A stretch of 64,000 bases of DNA, from contig NC_044037.1 in assembly GCF_901765095.1 (NCBI RefSeq), positions 104,359,279 to 104,423,278 of the forward strand, in the 5' to 3' direction. Source of the stretch: Microcaecilia unicolor (Eukaryota). Below are positions 1 through 11,180 of this stretch, in pieces. Each line of letters starts with the position of its first letter. The first letter of the stretch is position 1. A model generated the notes under the pieces. That model made no database searches. It had not been told where the DNA came from and was given only the letters and a program-made list of their open reading frames with translations. Position numbers and translations under genes: made by a program.

Positions 1-659
1 GTTCAGACTGGCCACCTGGACTAGGAAACATGTGACCACGTTCCCACAGTATGGCTTGTTTACCTAGACAGAGAAGCATTCTGTAATTTTCCTTAGCTCT
101 GAACATGAGTTCTGAGCCTAATAAAAAGGGGAGTTTCTTTCAGTGAAATCGGGAGCTCATCTGTGAGTAACGTACGTACTGCGCAGAAGATCTGCTCCTG
201 GTCTAAAAAGCTCCTGGCTTTCGCTGTAACAGCCCCCCCCCCCCCCCCAGCTGATGATAAGAGCCTGGATGATGTAAGGACCAGTGATGTTGTATTATTG
301 CTTCTTTTCCTGGTCTAAGAGCTCTTAGCATTGCTTAGATGTAGAGACCAATGATGTAATGATTGTTTAGCTAATCATTGTGTTTATATAGCTAATCATT
401 GTATATATCTTAATCATTGTAGAATTTAGCACCTCTAATAAAGGTTTCATTTATCTAATACGAATCCAAAAGAATCCACAGTAATTATTGAGTAGTCTGT
501 GTCAGTGAGACAGGCTGTAAATCCAAAGCAGTACAGGGTGGCCGACAGGACTTATGTAGAGAGAAAATGAGAGGGGCGCTGAGGAAACCAGCTGGAGGAG
601 AGTACAAGGGAGTGGCCCAGCTACAGGCAACAGTCCAACAGGCAGACTGCTGGCAAAGG

Positions 660-805
660 AGAGATCCAGGTACAAGCAAGGTCTTACAGGCAGGCAGCAG
701 ACAAGAGAGTAGTCCAGGTCCAAGAAAGGTCTTACAGGCAGGCAGCAGACGAGAGAGTAATCCAGGTACAAGCAAGGTCAAGAACCAGGAACACAGGCAG
801 AACAC
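660..805. repeat. 48-bp tandem repeat, about 2.5 copies (ccaggtacaagcaaggtcttacaggcaggcagcagacaagagagtagt)
   Basis: It is directly visible in the sequence and accounts for the repetitive peptides in ORF 567..872. Confidence 0.8.
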
Positions 806-889
806 AGTGAAGATAAAAGCTTACCAACTAGAAGCCGAAGCAATAATGCAGAGGAAAGCTCTCCTGAAGTAGTGCAGGTGTCTGATGTC

Positions 890-2700
890 AACATGAGGCA
901 GCTGGTGAAGGAGAGCTTGACAGGTCAGGAAGGCAGTGAGGGGAGGGGCGCAGGAGCCGAAGCCTGCACACGGTCATAAAGAGAATCCACCAGATAAGCC
1001 AACCCCGACTCCATACAGGAAAAGGAACTCCCAAAGGCTGGAGCCGACCCCTGGTCCTGCTCCAACGCTTGCTGCAACCAGCTAACACATGCCCTGGTGA
1101 TGTAGGAACTACAGATAAGAGGCCTGTACGGCTAGCACCGATACTTCAAAAGCGTGCTTAACGGAAGCCTCCAGATGCCAGTCCTGTATGTCCTTCAAGG
1201 CCACTCCACCCTCCACAGGAAGGGTGGTCTTCTTAGTAACTGCAGTGTCCACTCTAGGGAGGACCAGCTTCTCCACTTGCACCGCCACAACCGGGTACAG
1301 TCGAGACACAGCCTTGGCTACCTTCAAACTCCCCTCAGGATCAGACCACTAGGCCGAAATAAGCTCTTGAATGGCAGCACACACAGGAAAAGCCTTAGAA
1401 GGCTTCATAATGCTGGCCATCTTGGGATTGACTGTGGCCGCAGCTTGCATCTCAGGATCCTCAATGTTTAAATTTTCCAGCATCTGACAGATGAGCAACA
1501 GCAGCTCATCCTGGTGGAAAAAAACAGGCCGCAGAAGGATCATCAGACTCCGCCTGGGGAACCTCACCATAATCCAACTGAGATGGGCGCAAGGACCCCT
1601 CCGAGCCCGTAGCTACCGACAGGGGTCCACAGAAAGATTCCACAGACCCCACATCCAAACCAGCAGCGATCTGCTGCCTTTTGAAAACTGGATCTTCCAG
1701 GGAAGACAGCAGGGCCACCTCCAACCCTGGAGCAGGGATCCCTAGGGGGGGGGGGGGGCAGGGAACTGCGATGGGGGTAAGGCCCTCTTCAATAAATAAG
1801 CCTGATGGAGAAGAAGTAAAAAATCCAGGGAAAATATTCCCCTATGTCAGCCGACCTCATAGGCAGACAGGAAAAACCTGCAGCCGAAGAGACCACCACT
1901 TCCCCAGGCACCACATTCAGGGCAGAAGCAGGCCACAAGGACTCCCCTGCTGCCAGCAGCAGTTGCATCGGAAGACAAAGGAAAATGGCCACACATGCCC
2001 GAAGCACCAGGGCGGGAATCAGGCCATTCAGGGGACTCTCACTCAATCCAGAAAGAGCCTCCGTGCACCCAGCGAGACAAACACCTGCTGTCGACCTGCG
2101 TGCCCTTCAGCGGGAACATCGCTTTCCAGACTCTGCTGCCATGCATGCACTTCCCCACAACACAGAATGCTGCCAAACACTCACCAGGAGCGAAGCACTA
2201 AACCTGTGCACCGCAGGAGCTCTCAGGGAAGGCTCGACCCAGAGGAAGCACTGACAGTGCGGTTTACACCACTGTCCTGCATGCACCCGCAAGTCTGTCC
2301 CCCTTAGTGCTGTCTCCTTTTTTTGAAGGCTGTGTTGCATTCTTTTTTTTTTTTACAGGTGAGGAAGACTACAGCCCAACAGACAGCCCAGAGACAGGAA
2401 GAAATAGGTCCACAGGGTGAGGAAGGGACCCAGCAAACTAAGTATGCCTCTAAAGCTGGTCACCAGACCAGACACCCCCTCTCTCCTCCAGGTTCAACTG
2501 GCTCAAAGGGCCCAGGAGCTGACTCAGGAGACAAATCCAGGAGCTGCTCAGATGTCGTCTACCACCTGCTGGAGATATAGATATACTGACTGAAGGAGAA
2601 GCTGGCCGTCTGGTATCACTGCCTTCGACTTTGTAATCTCTATCTCCACCTGCTGGTAGATGGACAAAACCCACCAGTCCCTGGATTCATCTGCTGCGAA
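890..2700 (-). mobile_element. Second, fragmentary DIRS-like copy (ITR plus partial gag)
   Basis: ORF 1109..1327 (VDTAVTKKTTLPVEGGVALKDIQDWHLEASVKHAFEVSVLAVQAS) is paralogous to the gag segment LITAVTKKTVLPVEGGTALKDAQDRRLEAALRSSFEAAALSLQAS. 2580-2700 matches the ITR. Confidence 0.65.
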
Positions 2701-3239
2701 GGCTAAGGAAAGGCGGTTAACAAATTCCAATAAATAAATAAATTACAGAATAGGCTCTCACCACACCACCTTGGGGTGCCTAAAAGTAGAGGTACACTGT
2801 GTTTGTTTAGTAGCAGTATAGAAATGATTAGCAGCAGTAGTAGAATTGTCCCCTTAGTGCCTGGGAGCTATGAATCACTGTGTTAGGTGTACACAGTTTA
2901 AGAGTGCCATTTTAAAATGTTACAAAACAAATTCCTGTTTCGGTGGTTTTCCGGGTCTTTTGAGTATAGTGCATATATACAATCATCCAGCTTTCAAATT
3001 TAAATTTAATAGTAGACTACCCTACAAATAAATAATGTTTTGCACAGTCTCAACTATTCACAGAGGAGAGACCTGCACTGTGCAATAAGGCCAATGACTT
3101 ACGAACCCAGAGCCCTCCTGACAGCTAAGACCTGAGTAGCAGCAATACAGAGCACCATATTACAACATCATAACAACACCACCAGATCCATCCCTGTTTT
3201 GTTATCCTCTGGGAGAAGCACCCTCTTCTTTCCCCTCAC

Positions 3240-3398
3240 CTTGCCAGTTTTGATGTCTCTCACGTAGATACCCTTGTTCTCATCCAGGGGGATGGCCTCC
3301 CTGGTCAGCACCACTTCTACCTCCACTGGAGGAACATATTCCATAGGCCCCCGAATCATCCAGCGGTCTCCAGGCTTCCTTTCCACATCATTCCCATC
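3240..3398 (-). CDS. MVP: MVP exon: [53 protein letters not shown]
   Basis: Aligns to human [52 protein letters not shown](VR). Acceptor ccccttggtatAG, donor AAG|GTGAGG. The next exon (VRAVIGSTYML...) was not found between 2700 and 3240 and is presumably beyond the window start. Confidence 0.8.
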
Positions 3399-3454
3399 CT
3401 ATACCAAGGGGAGAGAAGATCAAACAACACAAGAACATAAGCATTGCCATACTG

Positions 3455-3600
3455 GGTCAGACCAAAGGTCCATTAAGTCCAGTATCTGGTTTCAAACAGT
3501 GGCTAATTTTGGTTATATGTACCTGGCAGGATCCCAAAAAGCACCACGATTCCATAATACCAACCCCCAGGATAAGTAATGGCTTTCCACAAATCTACCT
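3455..3600 (-). mobile_element. CR1-like LINE 3'-end fragment
   Basis: ccatactgggtcagaccaaaggtccattaagtccagtatc resembles the reverse complement of the CR1 3' UTR. Confidence 0.6.
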
Positions 3601-4139
3601 TAATAATTAATAGATTAGTCCAGGAACTTGTTCAAACCTATATGCTAACTGCTTTTACCACATCCTCTGGCATTATATGAAAAAAAATGTTTTCTGACTT
3701 ATTTTAAATTTAGTACTTAGTAACTTCATGGTGTGTCCCCTTGTCTTTCATTTTTTTTGAAAATTCCACTGCTTTCATGATTTTATTGACCCCTCTTGTA
3801 TTTCCTCTCAGTCGTCTCTTCTCAAAGATGAAGCCTTTCCTCATAGGGACGTCATTACATCCCCTTTATCATTTTGATTGCCCTTCTCTGTACCTTTTCT
3901 AATTCTGTTATATCTTTTTGGAGATGCAGTGACCAGAACTGTACACAACACTCAAGATGTGGTCACACCCTGGAGTGATACAGAGGCATTATGATATTTT
4001 ATTTTATGCTCTATTCATTTCTTAGTAATTCCTAATGTTGCTTGCTTTTTTGGCCACCACTGCACACTGAGAAGATTTCAATGTAATGTTCATAATGACA
4101 GCTAATTTCTTTTCTCAGTATTGAGTCCTAATGTGGAAC

Positions 4140-4910
4140 ATGATAACATAAGAACAGCCATACTAGGTCAAACCAATGGTCCATCTAGATAAGTATCCTG
4201 TTTCCAACAGTGACCAATCCAGGTCACAAGTACCTGGCAGAAACCCAAATACTAGCACCATTCAATGATACCAATCCCAGGGTAAGCAGTGGTTTTCCCC
4301 ATGTCTATCTCAATAGCAGACTATGGACTTTTCCTCCAGGAACATGTCTAAACCCAGATACACTAACCGCTATTATCACATTCTCTGGCAACAAGTTTCA
4401 GAAATTAACTATTCATTGACAGAAAAAAATATATTTCCTTCTATTTGTTTTAAAAGTGTTTTCATTTAACTTCATTGAGTGTCCCCTAGTCTTTGTACAT
4501 TTTGAAAGAGCAAAAAAATTGATTCAATTCTACTCATTCTACACCACTCAGGATTTTATTGACCTCAATTGTATCTCCCCTCAGTCATCTTTTTTCCAAG
4601 CTGAACCTAGCATCTTCCATCTATAATTTAGGCCATTCTTTTTTATTTGCATCAGTTTGCCCTTGTGAGATTGGGAATCCAGATGGCAGATGAAATTTCA
4701 TGTGGATGCCATCCTCATACAATTTAACAACTTTGCATAATTGTGTATCATCTGCAAATTTTATCACCACATCATTTATAAGTATATTAAAAAGCACCAA
4801 TCCCAGTACAGATCCCTGGTGTACGCCACTATTCACTATATCCCATGATTCTTTAGTTGCCTTAAGAGGTACTTTGTCAAAAACCTTCTGAAAATCCAGG
4901 TTCACTGAGA
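4140..4910 (-). mobile_element. Diverged CR1-like LINE fragment (RT C-terminus plus 3' end), minus strand
   Basis: 4150-4230 is the reverse complement of the CR1 3' UTR motif (gccatactgggaaagaccaaaggtccatctag...). ORF 4621..4905 carries the FADDT RT motif. Confidence 0.7.
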
Positions 4911-5334
4911 TTTGTTTGATTTCTTCTGAAACATCACAACTTCAGGAATGGGTTGGTCCTTACTTCTTCCTCAGTAAAGACTGAAGCAAAGAATTCATTT
5001 AAAGGGAAAGTTATTAAGATGTGTTAAAGACATAATGCATGTTATTTGCTTCTTAACAGGTGTTGAAATGGCAACAACATGTTATAATCTCTGCCCATCC
5101 ACACCCCCCCCCCCCCCCCATCATTCCTCCCCACAAAGCACCTTTTCCTATCACATCCTCCCTTTTTCTAAAGACTGTAGCATCTCCTTCCCAAACCTAT
5201 CTGTATACTAGAGCTGTGTGGGGATGAAGACAACGGGAAACCTGCAGAAATCTGTGGGGATGGGGACGGGAGGGGAGTGATCAAAAATGAATGAGGATGA
5301 GAGGGAATAGATTCCAGATTATGTTGTCAGGGGT

Positions 5335-5730
5335 GGCCCAATGCAATCTGCTACCTGAGGCAGGGATAAGATGCCTCCCCCGCCCGGTCTAGCATCTCCC
5401 CCTTCCTTCCTCAACCATCTTCCCCGCATTTACCTTATTTTTTTTTTCTTTTCCAAAAAATGGCAGCGATTCCCACAGGCTGCCCTGCCACGGTGCTGCT
5501 GGTACCAGCCTCTTCACTCTACTGTGTCCCGCCTCTGAGGAAACAGGAAGTTATGTCAACAGGTGGACCACAGTAGGGAGATGAAGCAGGTGCCGGCAGC
5601 AGGGCAGTCTATGGGAATCACTGCCGCATTTTGAAAAAGAAAATACTGTAAATAAGGTAAATATGAGGAAGAGGGCTGAGGAGGGAAGGAGAGAGTGCCG
5701 CCTGAGGCCTCTGCCTCAGCTGGCCTAATA
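5335..5730. mobile_element. Foldback/MITE-like element with ~180-bp inverted arms and a ~110-bp loop
   Basis: 5345-5480 (...ccttccttcctcaacc...ttaccttatttttttttt...tggcagcgattcccacaggctgccctgcc) is reverse-complementary to 5585-5725. A partial paralog lies at 63826-64000. Confidence 0.65.
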
Positions 5731-6504
5731 GTAGGGCTGGGAATGAATGACCACAGGAGATGGAGGAACCAACAATCCCTACGTCACAATAGTACAGCGA
5801 AGAGGAGTAGGATAGTCTGGCCTTCACAATAACCATGGGAGATATCTGAAAATTCAGTCTTTATTAAAAAACATCACATAGCAAGCAGTGTTTCGGTGCC
5901 TGTGCGCCTGCTTCAGGAGCCTTAGGATGTCTCAAAGGTGTAAAACGTAAGCACAGAATTTGCCTATATGATCAGGCTATTCAAAGTCAAATTCCAAATA
6001 ATGCCAATCTGAGAATTTCACGTTCTTCTCCTGCAGTGTCAGCGGGAAGTACAAAGAAAGAGTGTGGACTCCACTGTCCGTTGTTTAAATACAGCAAAAC
6101 CACGCCTAATAGTAGGGCTGCCGCTGGTCCTTGTGCACACCTCGACTCGGAAACTTCACACCACACCTCAGCTAAAAAAGAAAAAAAAAGGGGGGGGGCT
6201 CAAAACTGGTGCATGTGTTCAGCAGTTTTGGCAATAAGGGAGACCAGTTTGTGTAGCAGTGAGAATATTTGTTGATTTGTTTTGAGCATTTTGGCAGAGT
6301 ATAATCTCTACTGAGCTACTCATTTATATGACTGATAAAGCAGCTAATATGAAAGCAGCCTTTCGAGATGAGGTCTGGCTAGGTTTTGCAGGTCATAATC
6401 TCAATCTTGTACTCTCTCATTGATTCCAGCCATCAAAAACTGAAGTTAATCCGAATGAGGTAAGCAGGCTTATAACAATGTGCAAGGAGGTGGATAAACT
6501 CACT

Positions 6505-6655
6505 AATGTGTCTGTACACACAAACCTTATTCTACCACGTTAATGTATTTGTTCATACCGGAATTGGCGAACGCCATTACGGTACTATGTAAACCACATT
6601 GAGCCTGCAAATAGGTGGGAAAATGTGAGATACAAATGTAACAAATAAATAAATA
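6505..6655 (+). repeat. Short 5'-truncated copy of the L2-like LINE 3' tail module
   Basis: ...ccggaattgg...ctatgtaaaccacattgagcctgcaaataggtgggaaaatgtgagatacaaatgtaacaa(ataa)n matches the LINE end at 33860-34015. Confidence 0.75.
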
Positions 6656-6722
6656 AGGGAACAAACGTCAACCATTCACTGAAGAAAATGCTGAAGAAGT
6701 GCATGTCAACTCGGTGGAACAA

Positions 6723-6815
6723 TTTATTTATTTTTATTTATTTATTTATTTTTTTTTTATTGCATTTGTATCCCACATTTTCCCACCTCTTTGCGGGCTC
6801 AGTGTGGCTTACAAT
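6723..6815 (-). repeat. Antisense partial copy of the LINE 3' tail module
   Basis: (ttta)n ttgcatttgtatcccacattttcccacctctttgcgggctcagtgtggcttaca. It is followed by a 55-bp tandem duplication at 6810-6930. Confidence 0.7.
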
Positions 6816-7321
6816 ATATTGTGAATGATGGAAATACAATTTGATACAATTTGTTACAGTACTGTTATGGTTACAATACATTGTGAATGATGGAAATACA
6901 ATTTGTTACAGTACTGTTATGGTTACATAGTGAGGAGTTATGTGAAGACAAAGTCAAAATCAAAATATCATTTGGGAAAATAGAACAGTGGAATGTATCA
7001 ATGGACAAAATATCATTTGTGGATAGAACAATGCAGTGTATCGATGGGGAAATGATAGGGCGATAGAACAATAGCAAGAGAGCATTAGGGTATAGCAATT
7101 TTATCTAAGGGTAGAGTTTTAGGTGTGGTGAAAGTACAGGGAAGAGAATTCAGAAGAGAGTGTATTGATGCATTTCTATTAGTGTGTATGGAATTCATGT
7201 GTTCTGATCCTTGCAATACATTTTTTCGAAGAGATGATGTGGGAGAGAGGTTCTGGAAGCAAAATTTAGGCTCTTAGGTAGAAAGCTGAAATCCAGATCC
7301 TCCAGGGTAGCATTTTCTGAA

Positions 7322-7549
7322 ATGCTACCTGTGCCACGCGCAGGGCCCAAGAGACAGGCAGAGCTCCAGAGTCTCAATGCGTGGATGAGACGATGGTGCA
7401 GGGAGGAGGGCTTTAGATTTGTTAGGAACTGGGCAACATTCTGGGGAAGGGGGAGCCTATTCCGAAAGGATGGGCTCCATCTTAACCAGAGTGGGACCAG
7501 GCTGCTGGCATCGGCGTTTAAGAAGGAGATAGAGCAGCTTTTAAACTAG
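7322..7549 (+). CDS. LINE ORF1 C-terminal fragment (...RKDGLHLNQSGTRLLA...)
   Basis: It sits immediately upstream of the ORF2 ATG at 7552, and the C-terminus resembles CR1/L2 ORF1 ends. Confidence 0.5.
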   Translation: MLPVPRAGPKRQAELQSLNAWMRRWCREEGFRFVRNWATFWGRGSLFRKDGLHLNQSGTRLLASAFKKEIEQLLN

Positions 7550-7551
7550 AA

Positions 7552-8634
7552 ATGGGGGGAAGGCCGACAGTCGCTCAAAAGAGCATGGTTCGGGATAAGG
7601 TATCTTTCAAAGATATCACCATAACAGGGAAGATAGAGTATCCTGATAGTGAGGTTGCAAAAGAGATTGTAGTAGATCGGGTATCTTTAAATAACAATAA
7701 AAATCAGACAAAAGATTGCCAATTAATACTGTCAAGTACTAAGCATGATGTACTTAGGAACAACAAACATAGTTTGAAATGTCTATATGCGAATGCCAGG
7801 AGCCTAAGAAATAAGATGGGGGAGTTGGAATATATTGCACTAAATGAAAAATTAGATATAATAGGCATCTCTGAGACCTGGTGGAAGGAGGATAACCAGT
7901 GGGACACTGTCATACCGGGGTACAAATTATATCGTAGTGATAGGGTGAATCGGATTGGTGGAGGGGTAGCATTGTATATTAACGAGAGCCTTGAATCAAA
8001 TAGATTGAAAATTCTGCAGGAAACAAAACACTCCTTGGAATCACTGTGGATTGAAATTCCATGTGCAAAGGGGAAAAGGATAGTGATAGGAGTGTACTAC
8101 CGTCCGCCTGGCCAGGACGAACAGACGGATGCGGAAATGTTAAAGGAAATCAGGGACGCAAACAAACTGGGCAATACAATAATAATGGGGGATTTCAATT
8201 ACCCGCATATAGACTGGGTTAATGTAACATCTGTACACGCAAGGGACATAAGATTTCTTGATGAAATCAAGGACAGTTTCATGGAACAGCTAGTTCAGGA
8301 GCCGACAAGAGAAGGAAAAATACTAGACTTAGTCCTTAGTGGTGCTCATGATCTAGTGCAGGGGGTAACGATACGAGGGCCGCTTGATAACAGTGATCAT
8401 AATATGATCGGTTTTGATATTGGCATTGAAGGAAGTGAAACTAGGAAATCAAGTACGCTAGCGTTTAACTATAGAAAAGGTGATTACGACAAAATGAGAA
8501 AAATGGTGAAAAAAAGACTGAAAGGAGCAGCTCGCAGAGTAAAAAACTTGCATCAGGCGTGGATGCTGTTTAAAAACACCATCCTGGAGGTTCAGGACAA
8601 ATATATTCCACAGAAAAAAGGGAAAAAAGACTAA
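7552..8634 (+). CDS. LINE ORF2, apurinic-endonuclease-like domain segment, ending at an in-frame stop
   Basis: Carries EN motifs (ISETWW, LYRSDR, GGGVALYI, GDFNYPHIDW, SDHNMI). Confidence 0.8.
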   Translation: MGGRPTVAQKSMVRDKVSFKDITITGKIEYPDSEVAKEIVVDRVSLNNNKNQTKDCQLILSSTKHDVLRNNKHSLKCLYANARSLRNKMGELEYIALNEKLDIIGISETWWKEDNQWDTVIPGYKLYRSDRVNRIGGGVALYINESLESNRLKILQETKHSLESLWIEIPCAKGKRIVIGVYYRPPGQDEQTDAEMLKEIRDANKLGNTIIMGDFNYPHIDWVNVTSVHARDIRFLDEIKDSFMEQLVQEPTREGKILDLVLSGAHDLVQGVTIRGPLDNSDHNMIGFDIGIEGSETRKSSTLAFNYRKGDYDKMRKMVKKRLKGAARRVKNLHQAWMLFKNTILEVQDKYIPQKKGKKD

Positions 8635-8812
8635 ACGTCAGCCGGCGTGGCTAAACAGTAAGATAAAGGAAATCATTAGAGCCAAAAAACAATCCTTCAG
8701 AAAGTGGAGAAGAGAACCAACTGAAAGTAACAGGATAGATCATAAGGAATGCCAAGCCAAATGCAAAGCGGAGATAAGGAGGGCAAAAAAGGACTTTGAG
8801 AAGAAATTAGCG

Positions 8813-10570
8813 TTGGAAGCAAAAATACATAGTAAAAATTTTTTTAGATACATTAAAAGCAGGAAACCGGCCAAAGAGTCGGTTGGGCCGCTGGACGAAA
8901 ATGGTGTTAAAGGGGCGATCAAGGAGGACAAAGCCGTAGCGGAGAAATTAAATGAATTCTTTGCTTCGGTCTTCACCGAGGAGGATTTGGGGGGGACACC
9001 GGTGCCGGAAAGAATATTTGAAGCGGGGGAGTCGGAGAAACTAAACAAATTCTCTGTAACCTTGGAGGATGTAATGGGTCAGTTCAGCAAGCTGAAGAGT
9101 AGTAAATCACCGGGACCTGATGGTATTCATCCCAGAGTATTAATAGAACTAAAAAATGAACTTGCGGAGCTACTGTTAGAAATATGCAATCTGTCCCTAA
9201 AATCGAGTGTAGTACCGGAAGACTGGAGGGTAGCCAATGTTACTCCGATTTTTAAGAAGGGTTCCAGAGGAGATCCGGGAAATTATAGACCGGTGAGTCT
9301 GACGTCGGTGCCGGGCAAGATGGTGGAGGCTATTATTAAGAATAAAATTGCAGAGCATATACAAAAACATGGACTGATGAGACAAAGTCAGCACGGATTT
9401 AGTGAAGGGAAGTCTTGCCTCACCAATCTAATGCATTTTTTTGAGGGGGTAAGCAAACATGTGGACAATGGGGAGCCGGTTGATATTGTATATCTGGATT
9501 TTCAGAAGGCGTTTGACAAAGTGCCGCACGAAAGACTCCTGAAGAAATTGCAGAGTCATGGAATCGGAGGTAGGGTATTATTATGGATTAAGAACTGGTT
9601 GAAAGATAGGAAGCAGAGAGTAGGATTGCGTGGCCAGTATTCTCAGTGGAGGAGGGTAGTTAGTGGGGTCCCGCAGGGGTCTGTGCTGGGTCCGTTGCTT
9701 TTTAATGTATTTATAAATGACCTAGAGATGGGAATAACTAGTGAGGTAATTAAATTCGCCGATGACACAAAATTATTCAGGGTCGTCAAGTCGCAGGAGG
9801 AATGTGAACGATTACAGGAGGACCTTGCGAGACTGGGAGAATGGGCGTGCAAGTGGCAGATGAAGTTCAATGTTGACAAGTGCAAAGTGATGCATGTGGG
9901 TAAGAGGAACCCGAATTATAGCTACGTCTTGCAAGGTTCCGCGTTAGGAGTTACGGATCAAGAAAGGGATCTGGGTGTCGTCGTCGATGATACGCTGAAA
10001 CCTTCTGCTCAGTGTGCTGCTGCGGCTAGGAAAGCGAATAGAATGTTGGGTGTTATTAGGAAGGGTATGGAGTCCAGGTGTGCGGATGTTATAATGCTGT
10101 TGTATCGCTCCATGGTGCGACCGCACCTGGAGTATTGTGTTCAGTACTGGTCTCCGTATCTCAAAAAAGATATAGTAGAATTGGAAAAGGTACAGCGAAG
10201 GGCGACGAAAATGATAGTGGGGATGGGACGACTTTCCTATGAAGAGAGGCTGAGAAGGCTAGGGCTTTTCAGCTTGGAGAAGAGACGGCTGAGGGGAGAT
10301 ATGATAGAAGTGTATAAAATAATGAGTGGAATGGATCGGGTGGATGTGAAGCGACTGTTCACGCTATCCAAAAATACTAGGACTAGAGGGCATGAGTTGA
10401 AGCTACAGTGTGGTAAATTTAAAACGAATCGGAGAAAATTTTTCTTCACCCAACATGTAATTAGACTCTGGAATTCGTTGCCGGAGAACGTGGTACGGGC
10501 GGTTAGCTTGACGGAGTTTAAAAAGGGGTTAGATAGATTCCTAAAGGACAAGTCCATGGACCGCTATTAA
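8813..10570 (+). CDS. LINE ORF2, reverse transcriptase domain plus C-terminal region
   Basis: Carries RT motifs (PGPDGIHPRVL, YRPVSLTSV, FDKVPHERLL, VPQGSVLGPLLF, FADDTKLF) and a CR1-type C-terminus (LEYCVQYWSPY...). Confidence 0.85.
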   Translation: MEAKIHSKNFFRYIKSRKPAKESVGPLDENGVKGAIKEDKAVAEKLNEFFASVFTEEDLGGTPVPERIFEAGESEKLNKFSVTLEDVMGQFSKLKSSKSPGPDGIHPRVLIELKNELAELLLEICNLSLKSSVVPEDWRVANVTPIFKKGSRGDPGNYRPVSLTSVPGKMVEAIIKNKIAEHIQKHGLMRQSQHGFSEGKSCLTNLMHFFEGVSKHVDNGEPVDIVYLDFQKAFDKVPHERLLKKLQSHGIGGRVLLWIKNWLKDRKQRVGLRGQYSQWRRVVSGVPQGSVLGPLLFNVFINDLEMGITSEVIKFADDTKLFRVVKSQEECERLQEDLARLGEWACKWQMKFNVDKCKVMHVGKRNPNYSYVLQGSALGVTDQERDLGVVVDDTLKPSAQCAAAARKANRMLGVIRKGMESRCADVIMLLYRSMVRPHLEYCVQYWSPYLKKDIVELEKVQRRATKMIVGMGRLSYEERLRRLGLFSLEKRRLRGDMIEVYKIMSGMDRVDVKRLFTLSKNTRTRGHELKLQCGKFKTNRRKFFFTQHVIRLWNSLPENVVRAVSLTEFKKGLDRFLKDKSMDRY

Positions 10571-11018
10571 ATGGACTTGGAAAAATTCCGCATTTTTAGG
10601 TATAACTTGTCTGGAATGTTTTTACGTTTGGGGAGCGTGCCAGGTGCCCTTGACCTGGATTGGCCACTGTCGGTGACAGGATGCTGGGCTAGATGGACCT
10701 TTGGTCTTTCCCAGTATGGCACTACTTATGTACTTATGTACTAGTAGTTTGCGGAAGTCGGTTAGTTCGTAGGTCGTTTTCAGGTTGCGTGGTACTGTAT
10801 TCCAGAAGTGTTCTTCTGACATTGAAATCTGTGGCAGAGAATACAGAGGAGCAATTGCCACTGAACCAGGTGCAACAAGCAGTTCCTGCCCAAATTGTGC
10901 ACTACTGATGACTCCTTGCTGGCAGAAGTTATGGTGTTGGAACCATCGGCAGATACTAAGCCTTCACTACATCTAGTGGTATCTATAAAATATAAGTTGA
11001 CAGCCATGTAATAGCATC

Positions 11019-11180
11019 TACTACTACTACTACTACTACTTAACATTTCTAGAGCGCTATTAGGGTTACGCAGCGCTGTACAATTTAACAAAGAGAGACA
11101 GTCCCTGCTCAAAGAGCTTACAATCTAATAGACAAGTGAACGGTCGGTCCGATAGGGGCAGTCAAATTGGGGCAGTCTGG
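11019..11180 (+). repeat. Interspersed repeat family with a (TAC)n head, unclassified
   Basis: ctactactactac ttaacatttctagagcgctattagggttacgcagcgctgtacaatttaaca...gtccctgctcaaagagcttacaatctaa recurs at 56995-57165. Confidence 0.7.

Larger units (their letters stand above)
7200..10740 (+). mobile_element. CR1-like non-LTR retrotransposon (LINE), 5'-truncated in ORF1, with near-complete ORF2 and an 8-bp-repeat 3' end
   Basis: Contains an ORF1 C-terminus, an APE endonuclease domain and an RT domain. The 3' UTR ends in (tacttatg)n at 10725-10740, which is typical of the CR1 clade. Confidence 0.8.

Noticed and set aside
1681-2307. 208-aa and 136-aa + strand ORFs
   Set aside because: They are antisense or out-of-frame read-through across a DIRS-like fragment, with no recognisable motifs.
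2700-3240. Next MVP exon (VRAVIGSTYML...)
   Set aside because: The reverse complement of this interval gave no convincing match, so it is probably beyond the window start. It is not reported.
6490-6660. A second SINE family ('SINE-A')
   Set aside because: On comparison, these copies are just short 5'-truncated 3' ends of the L2-like LINE (they match 33850-34015 beyond the tail module), not a distinct SINE.
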